From: Eledone cirrhosa | Lineage: Eukaryota | DNA length: 64,000 nucleotides | Assembly: GCA_964016885.1 (NCBI GenBank) | Contig: OZ024743.1 | Span: forward strand, 93,372,001-93,436,000 | Reading direction: 5' to 3' | Part shown: positions 1 to 12,657 of the stretch, one piece after another | Numbering within the stretch: the first letter of the stretch is position 1 | Layout of the letters: each line of letters begins with the position of its first letter | Notes under the pieces: model-generated | The model's input: the letters and a program-made list of their open reading frames with translations, nothing else | The model's database searches: none | What the model was told of the DNA's origin: nothing | Translations under genes and position numbers: made by a program

Positions 1-843
<843 letters not shown>

Positions 844-2185
844 CTTTCCTCAAAGACTATTATAGTCTAGATATTACATTTGAAAACACAAGTAAAGTAG
901 TTAATTTCCTAGATATAACTTTAGACTTATCTACGGGTATCTACCAACCTTACCATAAACCTAACCAAAACTTACATTACATACACTCACAATCTAATCA
1001 CCCTAGATCTATCCTTAAAAACCTAGTGTATAATATCTCACTCAGAATTTCTAACCTTTCATCTAACCAGGATGTATTTGATAAAAATGCGACCTTTTAT
1101 AACGAAGCTTTAGCTAGAAGTGGCCACAAAAATAAATTAGTATATATACCTTGTACCAATAACACTACAAACATACAACCTAATATTACTAACAAACACC
1201 AAATGAAACATACACACCTAAATGCCACTCACACTATACCCAAAAATACCAACATAAAACTAAATTTCTCTAACTCTTCTAATATACAATATAGTAACTC
1301 TCAAAAAACTATTCATCCTACTACTCTAATAAATGTTAATAATAAAACTCCTAATAAACAAGCTAAAACACCTAAATCAATGAATCTAACTAAAAATGTG
1401 TGTGGTGAAGTCATTAACAATAATTCTCTTAATAAACATCAGGATACATCCTATAAAAATAATAAACAACATCGAAACCGTAATAGACGAGTTACTTGGT
1501 ATAATGCTCCATTTAATTTACAAATTAAAGATAATATACCTAAAAAAATGTTTACTATCCTAGAAAAGAACTTCCCGCCAAACCACAAATACCATCAAAT
1601 TTTAAATAGATCAACGGTTAAATGCTCCTACTCAACAACCAAAAACATAAAACAAAAATAAGTGCCTATAATGCATATAAATGTAAAATAACCATGAGTA
1701 TACCACCAATACATCAAACTAATCATAATATCTCCTCTGATACAGGATTCACGAAAAGTTGTAACTGTAGAAACAAAGCAAATTGCCCATTAAAAGGAAA
1801 TTGCCTTGTTAATAACATAGTATATAAATGTAAAGTTAACACGAAGGACTCAATTTATTCATATATAGGAGCTACCTCTAACCAATTTAAAGTAAGATTT
1901 AATACCCACAAACACAGTTTTAAAAATGCCGCATTAGCTAATACAACATCTTTAGCTGAAATAATTAATAATTATAGAAAGAGGAATATAGATTATGACC
2001 TGACCTGGAGTGTGCTCAAAAGGGCCACCCCTTATCAAAATAATAGATATGAATGTAGATTGTGTTCCCAAGAACTTTTCGAAATAATGAAATCTAGGGA
2101 TATCCTATTAAATAAGCGACAGGAATTAATAATATCGTGTAATCATAAACTGAGAAAAACCTTTAAATATTATAAACCTAATTAA
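844..2185 (+). pseudogene. PLE RT-thumb / GIY-YIG endonuclease ORF remnant, frameshift near 1655-1661
   Basis: ORFs 138..1661 (true coding from ~844) and 1622..2185; CNCR-x4-CPLKGNC, IVYKC...SYIGAT..FKVRFNTH, CRLC..E..LLNKR. Confidence 0.88.
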
Positions 2186-2696
2186 TATACACTTCAGAAA
2201 TTATTATAATAACATTGTTTTTAATTTAGTTAACCTATAATTAATATTCTACTACTGATGAACTACAAAATTTTATTTCCCTTTTACAACTATCTTTTCC
2301 TAAAATTGATACCATTAAGTATACATATATACCGTTTTAATTTCAGGTTATGATTCTATGTTCCTTGTAATCTCTATATATTTGTTATTTCTCACTAATA
2401 ATTTTAAACCCCCCCCCCCCCCAATAATTATATATATATTTTTATTTTATTTCCCCTCGTTTTTAACAGCACTCTTCAATTACATCTAACTCTCATTTAT
2501 CATATCTATATGCATTAATATAATTTTATCAATATAAATATACCTATCAATTTAATTTATTTATTTTCTTTTCATAGATGTAAATTCCATATATTTTTTT
2601 CACTAACACGTTTATCGTAAAATTTTAGTCTTCTTAGATATTTACATTGGCATTATTCTTTTATAACAGCAATTTTTCGTGTACCTTTTACCGACC

Positions 2697-3165
2697 TGAC
2701 CTATTTTCACCCCTAAAATAACCTTTTTATTCATCATACTCCTTCCATTCAAAACTGAAATCTGCCTTCTTCTACCCCTAAATTAAAGTTCCATTACCAC
2801 TATTATACCATCTTGACCCTCACTATCTTTCTACAGGTCAATTCAAAACCTGTTCCCAAACAGACCTATTATATTAAATCTTTGTTGGTTTTTTTCAATG
2901 AACAAATATAATTATTTCTGAAGACAGCATATGACCTATTTTCATCCCTAAAATAATCTTTCATTCATAATATTCTTTCCATCCAAAACTGAAATCTACC
3001 TTCCTCTACCCCTAAATTAAGGCTCTATTACTACTATTTTACCATCTTGACCCTCACTATCTTTCTATTGGACAATTCAAAACCTGTTCCCAAACAGACC
3101 TATTGTATTAAATCTTTGTTGGTTTTTTTCAATAAACAAATATCATTATTTCTGAAGACAGCATA
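2697..3165 (+). repeat. ~235 bp direct repeat in PLE 3' region (partial pLTR duplication)
   Basis: tgacctattttca...ctgaagacagcatat occurs at ~2697-2931 and ~2932-3165. Confidence 0.9.
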
Positions 3166-3280
3166 TATATGTGTAGGTATGTATATTCCTTCTGATAGTT
3201 TGTAAAAATTGTACATAGATCTATATGATATGCATACCAACACTAACATATATATCCTAGAAACGATCGTAAAATGATGA
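3143..3280 (+). ncRNA. Type I hammerhead ribozyme motif of the PLE (long stem II, minimal palindromic stem III)
   Basis: tcattattt-CTGAAGA-[~100 nt hairpin]-GAAA-cgatcg-TA-aaatgatga. Confidence 0.75.
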
Positions 3281-3328
3281 ATTTTTTAATATAAGGAACT
3301 GTTTCTTTGTTTATTCATTATTTTTATT

Positions 3329-3563
3329 AATTTAGAATGGTGTATACATTTTTCAGGACGACAGGTATATATATATATGGTTTCCCCGAAAAATGCATAC
3401 ACACTTTGATTACCTGTACAGGCAATATATATATTTGAATGGTGTATACATTTTTAGCGACACCGGTATATATATATGGTGTCCCCGAAAAATGTATACA
3501 CACATTGATTATCTGTACAGGCAATATATATATTAGAATGGTGTATACATTTTTAGGGACCCC

Positions 3564-3596
<33 letters not shown>

Positions 3597-3680
3597 TGTC
3601 CCCGAAAAATGTATACACACTTTGATTACCTGTACAGGCAATATATATATTAGAATGGTGTATACATTTTTAGGGACACC

Positions 3681-3717
<37 letters not shown>

Positions 3718-4070
3718 TGTCCCCGAAAAATGTATACACACTTTGATTACCTGTACAGCAACATATATATTAGAATGGTATATCCATTTTTAGGGACCCC
3801 GGTATATATATACATATATGGTGTCCCCGAAAAATATATACACCCTTTGATTACCTGTACAGACAACATATGTATTAGAATGATGTATACATTTTTAGGA
3901 ACCCCGGTATATATATACATATATGATGTCCCCGAAAAATGTATACACACTTTGATTACCTGTACAGGCAATATATATATTAGAATGGTGTATACAACTT
4001 TAGGGACCCCGGTATATATATATGTTGTCCCCGAAAAATGTATACACACAGGCAATATATATATTTTTCG
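3329..4070 (-). repeat. Tandem array of ~85 bp MITE-like units separated by (TA)n
   Basis: Reverse complement of the unit at 46021-55267; ~25 bp imperfect terminal inverted repeats. Confidence 0.9.
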
Positions 4071-5621
4071 GGTACTTTGAAATATCGGTGACCCAACTCT
4101 GATCTTGATTGTTTGTTTGTTTGCTTGCACACACTTTCTCTACCTTCGTAAATAGCCAAAACGGTGCATAATGGGAAAATATTCCGTAATTGGAATTCAA
4201 AGGGGATAAAACAATTTTGGCGTAAATCTTAAATAAATATTTTCATTATGCAAAAAATATTTTTTATAATCATTACATAAACCAATTTCAGTGATTTCTC
4301 AGTGAATATGATTTCAAAATTACAAGTTCTTTGTACTTTTAAGTATCTATATTTCAGCTTTCACTAAACAGACGATATTGTAATTATTAAAATTAAAACT
4401 GTTCAGTGAATATGACTGAAAAATACGAGTTGCTTTTACAATAAATATTTTTGCTTTTGTTAAACAAAATATTTTGATTATTTAGAAATATTTTTAAGTG
4501 AATGTGATTTCTAAAAGTTGTTCACACTGTAAGTGTTTATATTTTAGCCTTCTTTGCACAGATAATATTTTAATTGTTTTTAAAACTATTTACAAGTGAA
4601 TACGCTAAATTTTTTTTAAATTATCAAAAAGTATTTTATAAGTGAATGTGATTTGAAAAATACGAATCGTTTGTAGAGTAAATATTTATATTTAGCTTTC
4701 TTTAAACAGACAATATTTTCATTATTTAGAAATATTTTAAAGTGATAATTTAAGAAAAATAATTTTTGAGGTAATAGAAAATTTTTGTCAGGTGAATACG
4801 ATTTTCTATTCTTAAATCATGCCTCAACGAGGAATAAAGAAAACATCTGGTTCGACTACAGATAATGGGAAGAGAGTGCGGCTAAGGAAAGCCGAAGAAG
4901 GTGAGCAAGATAGTGGTCAATGCCAATATAGCGGGAATACTGGTTGCATGAATGTAACAAAACGAGACAATGTTTGTGTATATAATATTTAATTAACGGT
5001 AGATAGAATACTTGACATGTCAAAGATAGATGTTAGAATGAAACAAAGTTAGTAGTTACCGTTTTGATTGCCAGGCAAACGCGGCTGGCAGAGGGCGCCT
5101 GGCCTTAGCCAGGCGCCTGTTGGCCAAATTAATGGCAGAGCCAAATGAGAAGACTCTTGACCTGGTGCCGAAAAGGCAAAGAGAGAGAGGAAGCTCAAAG
5201 CCGCCAGTTTTATAGGGCTCTGACCGGAAGTCGCAGAAAGGGCTCCACCTCCCGTCCAGATCCCAACCAAAACAAGGGAGACAACCGCTACATAACCTCC
5301 CGCCAGAATTTTAGTGTATAAAAATCGAAATGAAAATATGTAGCAAGTTGGCGAGAATGTTGTAACAGGCATGAAAATTACGACAAAAGAATGTTTGGAA
5401 AAATCAATGCTAGATATCAAGGTAGTAAAGTAAGGGAAGGGCTCAAAGTTCAAATGTACAAAATATAGTTCACTGGTGTGCAATCACATGACCGCAGGAA
5501 AGAAAGTGTGTTCCAGAGAATGAATGCAGGTGGTCTCTGTTCTGTGGTATATCGTGAATTTCCAACCTCCGAATGGATTTTCTCACAGGAAGAGTGCTGC
5601 AAAAATAAATTCTCTGGCTTT

Positions 5622-5785
5622 GGTTGCTGTTGCTGTTGCTGCTGCTGCTGTATTGCTGTTGCTGCTGCTGTATTGCTGTTGCTGCTGCTGCTGTAATGCT
5701 GTTGTTGCTGTATTGCTGTTGCTGCTGCTGCTGTATTGCTGCTGTTGCTGTTGCTGCTGCTGCTGTATTGCTGTTGCTGCTGTAT
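5622..5785. repeat. (CTG/TTG)n trinucleotide repeat inside the LTR element
   Basis: Directly visible; much shorter at the homologous site of the sister element (~29120-29175). Confidence 0.95.
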
Positions 5786-6678
5786 TCGGTGTTTAAATTC
5801 ACAGTAAAAAAAAATTTTTTTTTTTTTTAGAAAAAAATGAGTTGCGCAAAGTGCTAGAAATAGCAGCCGAAGTTGATGGTCGATGTTGAGAATGCGTTGA
5901 TCTGGAAGGGTCCAGAGGCCAGCGACCAGAGAAATACGCATTCTTAATAAATGCGCGGTTATCAACGGTTAATTTACATTGTAAATTTATAAACCGGCAA
6001 ATAGAAGAATATAGCTTAAGGCTATAATCCTTGGGGGAGAAATCCTTGGGGGAGAAATGCTATCTCTGGCGTGCGGCTGTCTGTGAGGAGAGACATCTCA
6101 GTGAATCGAGAATTTATGCTGCCTACACGTGCCAATACAAGGTTGAAAAAAAATAATATTTCTAACGCGCGAGAAAATGATAGTGCAATTTTGAAAGTGA
6201 CAATGATGAAAAAGAAAGGCTTCAATCAGCATAATTATTGGTGTGAACTTAGGAAAAAAACAAAAAACTTGAACGATGAAGAAAACGAAGAACAAAAGGC
6301 AATGGTTCATCGAAAATAAATGTTCCTGTTGAAATGTTTTTTAAAGAATATCAAATTTCTTTTTTTTTTTTTGTGTTTTGAAAGAGTTCGTTGTAAGAAA
6401 CGAGAAACATATATATATATCGTGAAATGTTTTTTTTGTTTTGAAAGTGTTCGTTGTAAGAAACGAGAAACATATATATATATATTGGTGAAATGCGACA
6501 GTTAATTGATGCGTGAGAGAAAAAGTATGTCTGTGCGAATTCCACATGTGCGTGTGTGCGTGTCCTTGAGTATTTTCATAGTTTGTCGCTAAATTTGCTG
6601 TGTATTCGTAATGTTACTCACAAAACCAGATGTGCTATTTTTTTCTTTTTTTGGGGGTGACCACTTATAGCGATGAGC

Positions 6679-6710
6679 GGCTGCGTGTTCGTATCACGTC
6701 AGGGTTACCA
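6679..6710 (-). promoter_or_regulatory. Extended tRNA-Trp primer binding site
   Basis: Plus strand ggctgcgtgttcgtatcacgtcagggttacca resembles the 3' 32 nt of eukaryotic tRNA-Trp including CCA; 1 nt from the LTR. Confidence 0.85.
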
Positions 6711-7136
6711 ATATAGCGGGAATACTGGTTGCATGAATGTAACAAAACGAGACAATGTTTGTGTATATAATATTTAATTAACGGTAGATAGAATACTTGA
6801 CATGTCAAAGATAGATGTTAGAATGAAACAAAGTTAGTAGTTACCGTTTTGATTGCCAGGCAAACGCGGCTGGCAGAGGGCGCCTGGCCTTAGCCAGGCG
6901 CCTGTTGGCCAAATTAATGGCAGAGCCAAATGAGAAGACTCTTGACCTGGTGCCGAAAAGGCAAAGAGAGAGAGGAAGCTCAAAGCCGCCAGTTTTATAG
7001 GGCTCTGACCGGAAGTCGCAGAAAGGGCTCCACCTCCCGTCCAGATCCCAACCAAAACAAGGGAGACAACCGCTACACCAACAACAAGACCAGGACAGGC
7101 ATGCGAATAGAAGGATCGATGAGACTGATAAAGCAA

Positions 7137-7657
7137 GAGCTGCACGTCTGGCGGAACAGAGGGAAAGAGACAGAAGCAGGAGAGATCAGGAATCGGAGGC
7201 TCGGAGAGCTGCGCGTCTGGCAGAACAGAGAGAAAGAGACAGAAGCAGGAGAGATCAGGAATCGGAGGCTCGGAGAGCTGCACGTCTGGTGGAACAGAGA
7301 GAAAGAGACAGAAGCAGGAGAGATCAGGAATCGGAGGCTCGGAGAGCTGCGCGTCTGGCAGAACAGAGAGAAAGAGACAGAAGCAGGAGAGATCAGGAAT
7401 CGGAGGCTCGGAGAGCTGCACGTCTGGTGGAACAGAGGGAAAGAGACAGAAGCAGGAGAGATCAGGAATCGGAGGCTCAGAAAGCTGCACGTCTGGTGGA
7501 ACAGAGGGAAAGAGACAGAAGCAGGAGAGATCAGGAATCGGAGAGCTGCACGTCTGGCGGAACAGAGGGAAAGAAACAGAAGAAAGAGAGATCAGGAATC
7601 GGGGGCTCAGAAAGCTGCACGTCTGGTGGAACAGAGGGAAAGAGACAGAAGCAGGGA
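7137..7657 (+). repeat. 60 bp coding minisatellite (20-aa charged repeat), ~8.5 copies
   Basis: gagctgcacgtctggcggaacagagggaaagagacagaagcaggagagatcaggaatcggaggctcgga repeated. Confidence 0.95.
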
Positions 7658-8343
7658 TAGAGTAAAGACAGTTCAACGACGTGACCTCTCTGCTGATGTT
7701 GGACAAATGAATAAGATCTGTGTCTGTTGCCATGCAATGCTTTAATTATTTAAAAATTATTTTTAAGTGAACATGACCCAACGGTCATATATATGTATGT
7801 ATGTAAAAAAAAAAATTATCAGCAATCGTATTAAACTAAGATTTTATTGTTTTATATTTTGTATCTCGGCTCTGTAATACATTTGAAAATTTACATTGTA
7901 AGTACCAGTAATACACTGGGTATTTGCTGGCCTTGTGCCAAAGTAGAAACAATTATTATAATAAAACTCGGGATAAACATAAACTGTTGAGTGTTTGTCA
8001 TCTCTTATGAAAGAGTCGGCAGATTTTCAATCAACCAACTTTCCTTAGTTGAATAAATATATGTATGTATATATATATATACGTATATTTTCTTTAATAT
8101 TTCAACATGAAAGGAATATATCCTTCTGAAAGAATCGCGAGCAATTTATAATGTTATTTAAGCATTGGTAATGTTATTTATGTATATATTTAAAACATAT
8201 TTGCTATGTTATTCTACTGTAAATTTATATGCTTTGTATATATTATATATACACAAATAATGAATCTGTATATTAAAACATTGTTTGTATTATTCAATCA
8301 GTTTATTGAACAACTAGAATGCTCATCGTCAAGTACTCTATAC

Positions 8344-8390
<47 letters not shown>

Positions 8391-8780
8391 AATCTATATA
8401 TATGTATATATATGTATGTATATCTATATATATGTGTGTGTGTGTATGTATATATGTGTGTATGTATATATATGTGTGTATGTATATATATGTGTATGCA
8501 TGTGTGTGTATGCATATGTATGTGTGTATGTATGCATATGTGTGTGTATGTATATATATGTGTGTATGTATATATATGTATATATATATATATATATGAA
8601 GATAAATTAACGGAGCCATAGAGTCGCGTTATTCCCTGTAAATTATGTGCTCAAAGGGAACGGAATCCTATACATATTGTATATGTATATATATATATAT
8701 GCATGTATATATATGTATATGTGTATATATATGCATGTATATGTGTATTTGTATATATGTATATGTGTGTATGTATGTAT

Positions 8781-10301
8781 ATCATCATCATCATCATCGT
8801 TTAACGTCCATCTTCCACGCTTGCATGGGTTTGGACGGGAGTTTTCCCACTTGAAGCAAGAGTGGTTGTCTTGCTCGCATAGCACTGTCTGGCGGGTTTT
8901 CTACGGCTGGATTCCCTTCCTAACACCAACCACATTTACAGTGTGGACTGGGAGGTTTTTACCGTGTTGCCTACACGGCCACATTACAGCGTGGACTGTG
9001 TGTTTTTTTGTCGTGACACCTACACGACCTCATTTGTTTCGGACTGGATGTTGTGGTACCAACATAACTTTACATTGAAAGGGGGTGGTGTGGATGGGGT
9101 GTGTGTGTGGGGGGGGGGGGGGGTTAATTTAGTTAGAGATGCCTAATGACTGTGGTAGGTTTCACTTTGTACATAGGTAAGGCGGGTCTTCTGTATTACT
9201 GTGTAGCGCCAAAGATCTCGGTCCAGTGACATTGTCTTGGAGAGGTGTAAGTGTGTGAGGTCGAAATTTATCAAGTCGTCCCAGGTTTTTCTGGGTCTGC
9301 CTACTCCGTGGCTACCGTCTATTTTGATCGCCCTGCACTTTTTTATACAGCTGTCGTTTTTCATGCGTATCACGTGACCGTACCAACGTAGTCTTCTCTC
9401 GAGTAAACAGCATCTGATCCCTCTTATTTCTAATTTTTCCCTTAGTTCGTTTATGCTTTGCCGTTCACGTATATTACTATTACACATCCAGCGGAGCAAG
9501 CAAGCTTCGTTCCTCTCCAGTCTGCGTATATCCTCTGCACACAATGCCCAGGTCTCACTGCCATGCAACATTGCTGTTCGTATGCAGGCATAATACAGCC
9601 TGCCTTTCATTTTTAGAGAGAACCATTAGGCGGCTAATAGTGGTATAAGCTCTCTGAACTTTTCCCATCCAGTTCTGACTCTAGCTACTGTACTTTCAGA
9701 GCACCCTCCACCACTGCTGATTTTGTCACCCAAGTAACGGAAGGTGTCCACTATTTCTATAGAACATTCTGTGCAATGGAATCAGCTAGTATTCAGTGGG
9801 CACTTGCTGCTACTTATTGCACCGGAGCACCGGCCACATATAAAATCTATATTCTTAGTTAGCTTACCTGTGATCCCACTACATCTTTTATGCACCCATA
9901 CTTTGAATTTGGGACATAAAATGGAGTTTCTGCCTACTCCTTTCCTACACACTGAGCATGGCCATTTCCCAGATGGGACCGGTGCCTTCCTACAAACTAG
10001 AACTTTAGTCTTAGACAGGTTAACTTTAAGGCCTTTTGATTCTAGGCCATGCTTCCATGTTTGGAATTTCTTCTCTAGTTCAGCCATTGATTCAGCTATG
10101 AGCGTTAGATCATCTGCGTATAGAAGTTCCCATGGGCAGCCGGTCTTGAACTTCTCTGTTATAGCCTGAAGGGCAATCATAAATAGTAGGGGGCTAAGAA
10201 CGGAGCCCTGATGAACACCAACTTTTACGCTAAACTCTTCACTATATTCGTTGTTAATTCTAACCTTGCTAACTGTTTGTTTATACATGGTTTGTATAGC
10301 T
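8781..10301 (-). mobile_element. 5'-truncated RTE LINE (family A), decayed
   Basis: GVHQGSVLSPLLF, LLYADD, LHGSETW, RRLRWYGHV, GRPRKTW; (GAT)n tail; homologous to 21189-23218 and 55268-58613. Confidence 0.95.
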
Positions 10302-10548
10302 TAACATATATATAAACATGAATAATCACAGAAGATAATTTTTACAAGCGTGTAACCACACATATATATATGTATATATATACATATATAGATATATGTA
10401 TATATATGTATATATATATATACATATATATATGTATATATATATGTATATATATATACATATATATATGTATATATATATGTATATACATATATGTATA
10501 TATATATATATGTATATATATATATGTATATATATGTATATATATATG

Positions 10549-11536
<988 letters not shown>

Positions 11537-11629
11537 GAGGATGCAGAACAATAATATAAAAGACGTAAAATAAGAAAAAAAATTTTTAAAGTTTTTTTAA
11601 AAAATGCTAACTTACTTACTTAAATTTTC

Positions 11630-11711
11630 ACTCCAACTAATTAGTTTCTGCAATGGGATAAAGACAGTTACGTAATCTAACTGTCGAGAATTCATTGCGT
11701 CATCAGGGAGT
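11630..11711 (-). ncRNA. Type I hammerhead ribozyme motif (family H1)
   Basis: Minus strand actcc-CTGATGA-cgcaatg...cattgca-GAAA-ctaattag-TT-ggagt. Confidence 0.8.
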
Positions 11712-12103
11712 TTATTCTCAGCTAAGTCTCCAGGCAATGCGCGGACACTGGCGGCTCATATAAAAATAATAATAATTCGGTAGATGGAACAGCTAGCGGG
11801 GATTGAATTCCATGCACTGAAATCCTCACTGCCTCTAGTCAAATGGCCGATTCTAAAGAATCAATCACGTGACACAGAGGCTAGTCAGTAGGAATAGGCG
11901 TCTGTCATCTTACCATCCCATTCCTACTGACTAGCCTCTGTGTCACGTGATTGATTCTTTAGAATCGGCCATTTGACTAGAGGCAGTGAGGATTTCAGTG
12001 CATGGAATTCAGTCCCCGCTAGCTGTTCCATCTACCGAATTATTATTATTTTTATATGAGCCGCCAGTGTCCGCGCATTGCCTGGAGACTTAGCTGAGAA
12101 TAG

Positions 12104-12185
12104 ACTCCCTGATGACGCAATGAATTCTCGACAGTTAGATTACGTAACTGTCTTTATCCCATTGCAGAAACTAAATAGTTGGAGT
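12104..12185 (+). ncRNA. Type I hammerhead ribozyme motif (family H1)
   Basis: actcc-CTGATGA-cgcaatg...cattgca-GAAA-ctaaatag-TT-ggagt. Confidence 0.8.
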
Positions 12186-12246
12186 GAAAATTTAAGTAAG
12201 TTAAAATTTTTTTTTAAAACATTTAAAAAAATTTTCTTGTTTTACG

Positions 12247-12453
<207 letters not shown>

Positions 12454-12475
12454 TATATACATATATATATATATA

Positions 12476-12606
12476 TAATAATAATATAAAATAATAATGA
12501 AATTATTGTGTACAGTGGTCAGGTGCACTACAACTCATCAAAGGTGCGTGTATAGTACATAGAATAATGTACAAATGTCAGGAAAATGAACAGTCTATGA
12601 GTCATG

Positions 12607-12657
<51 letters not shown>

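Larger units (their letters stand above)
844..3328 (+). mobile_element. 5'-truncated Penelope-like element (EN+ PLE) with 3' UTR/pLTR region
   Basis: RT C-terminus/thumb ([26 protein letters not shown]), Cys-rich linker, GIY-YIG nuclease, downstream partial tandem repeat and hammerhead motif. Confidence 0.9.
4927..7077 (-). mobile_element. Non-coding (TRIM/LARD-like) LTR retrotransposon with 4-bp TSD CCAA
   Basis: Apparently identical 366 bp LTRs at 4927-5292 and 6712-7077 (minus: TGTAGCGG...CCGCTATA); CCAA at 4923-4926 and 7078-7081; tRNA-Trp PBS; purine-rich tract (minus ggcgggaggtta) next to 5292; no gag/pol ORF. Confidence 0.92.
4819..7745 (+). pseudogene. Helitron RepHel-like N-terminal fragment, split by the LTR insertion
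   Basis: ATG 4819 MPQRGIKK...SGQCQ rejoins in frame at 7082 (QQDQDRHANRR...AARLAEQRERDRSRRDQESE repeats) after removing the insertion and one TSD; 8-bp deletion near 7540; ends DVGQMNKICVCCHAML, resembling the Helitron G-M-x3-CxxC-x-A motif. Confidence 0.65.
4071..7790 (+). mobile_element. Non-autonomous Helitron remnant interrupted by an LTR element
   Basis: RepHel-like N-terminal ORF; subterminal aagtgaacatgacccaacggtca (~7765-7788) matches the hairpin preceding CTAG in the Helitron ends at 46846/50881/54536; 4071-4530 has an inverted homologue at ~45545-46020. Confidence 0.65.

Noticed and set aside
6679-6710. tRNA-Trp gene
   Set aside because: Only the 3' 32 nt with encoded CCA, next to an LTR; primer-derived, not a gene.
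6834-7733. 299-aa minus-strand ORF and the LTR-derived start of the 271-aa plus-strand ORF
   Set aside because: Alternative frames of the 60 bp repeat running into LTR sequence; the meaningful frame is the reconstructed Helitron-like one.
7800-8340. Possible host exon or SINE remnant
   Set aside because: AT-rich with no convincing reading frame or splice context; only a short, unconfirmed SINE-tail-like stretch near 7922-7960.
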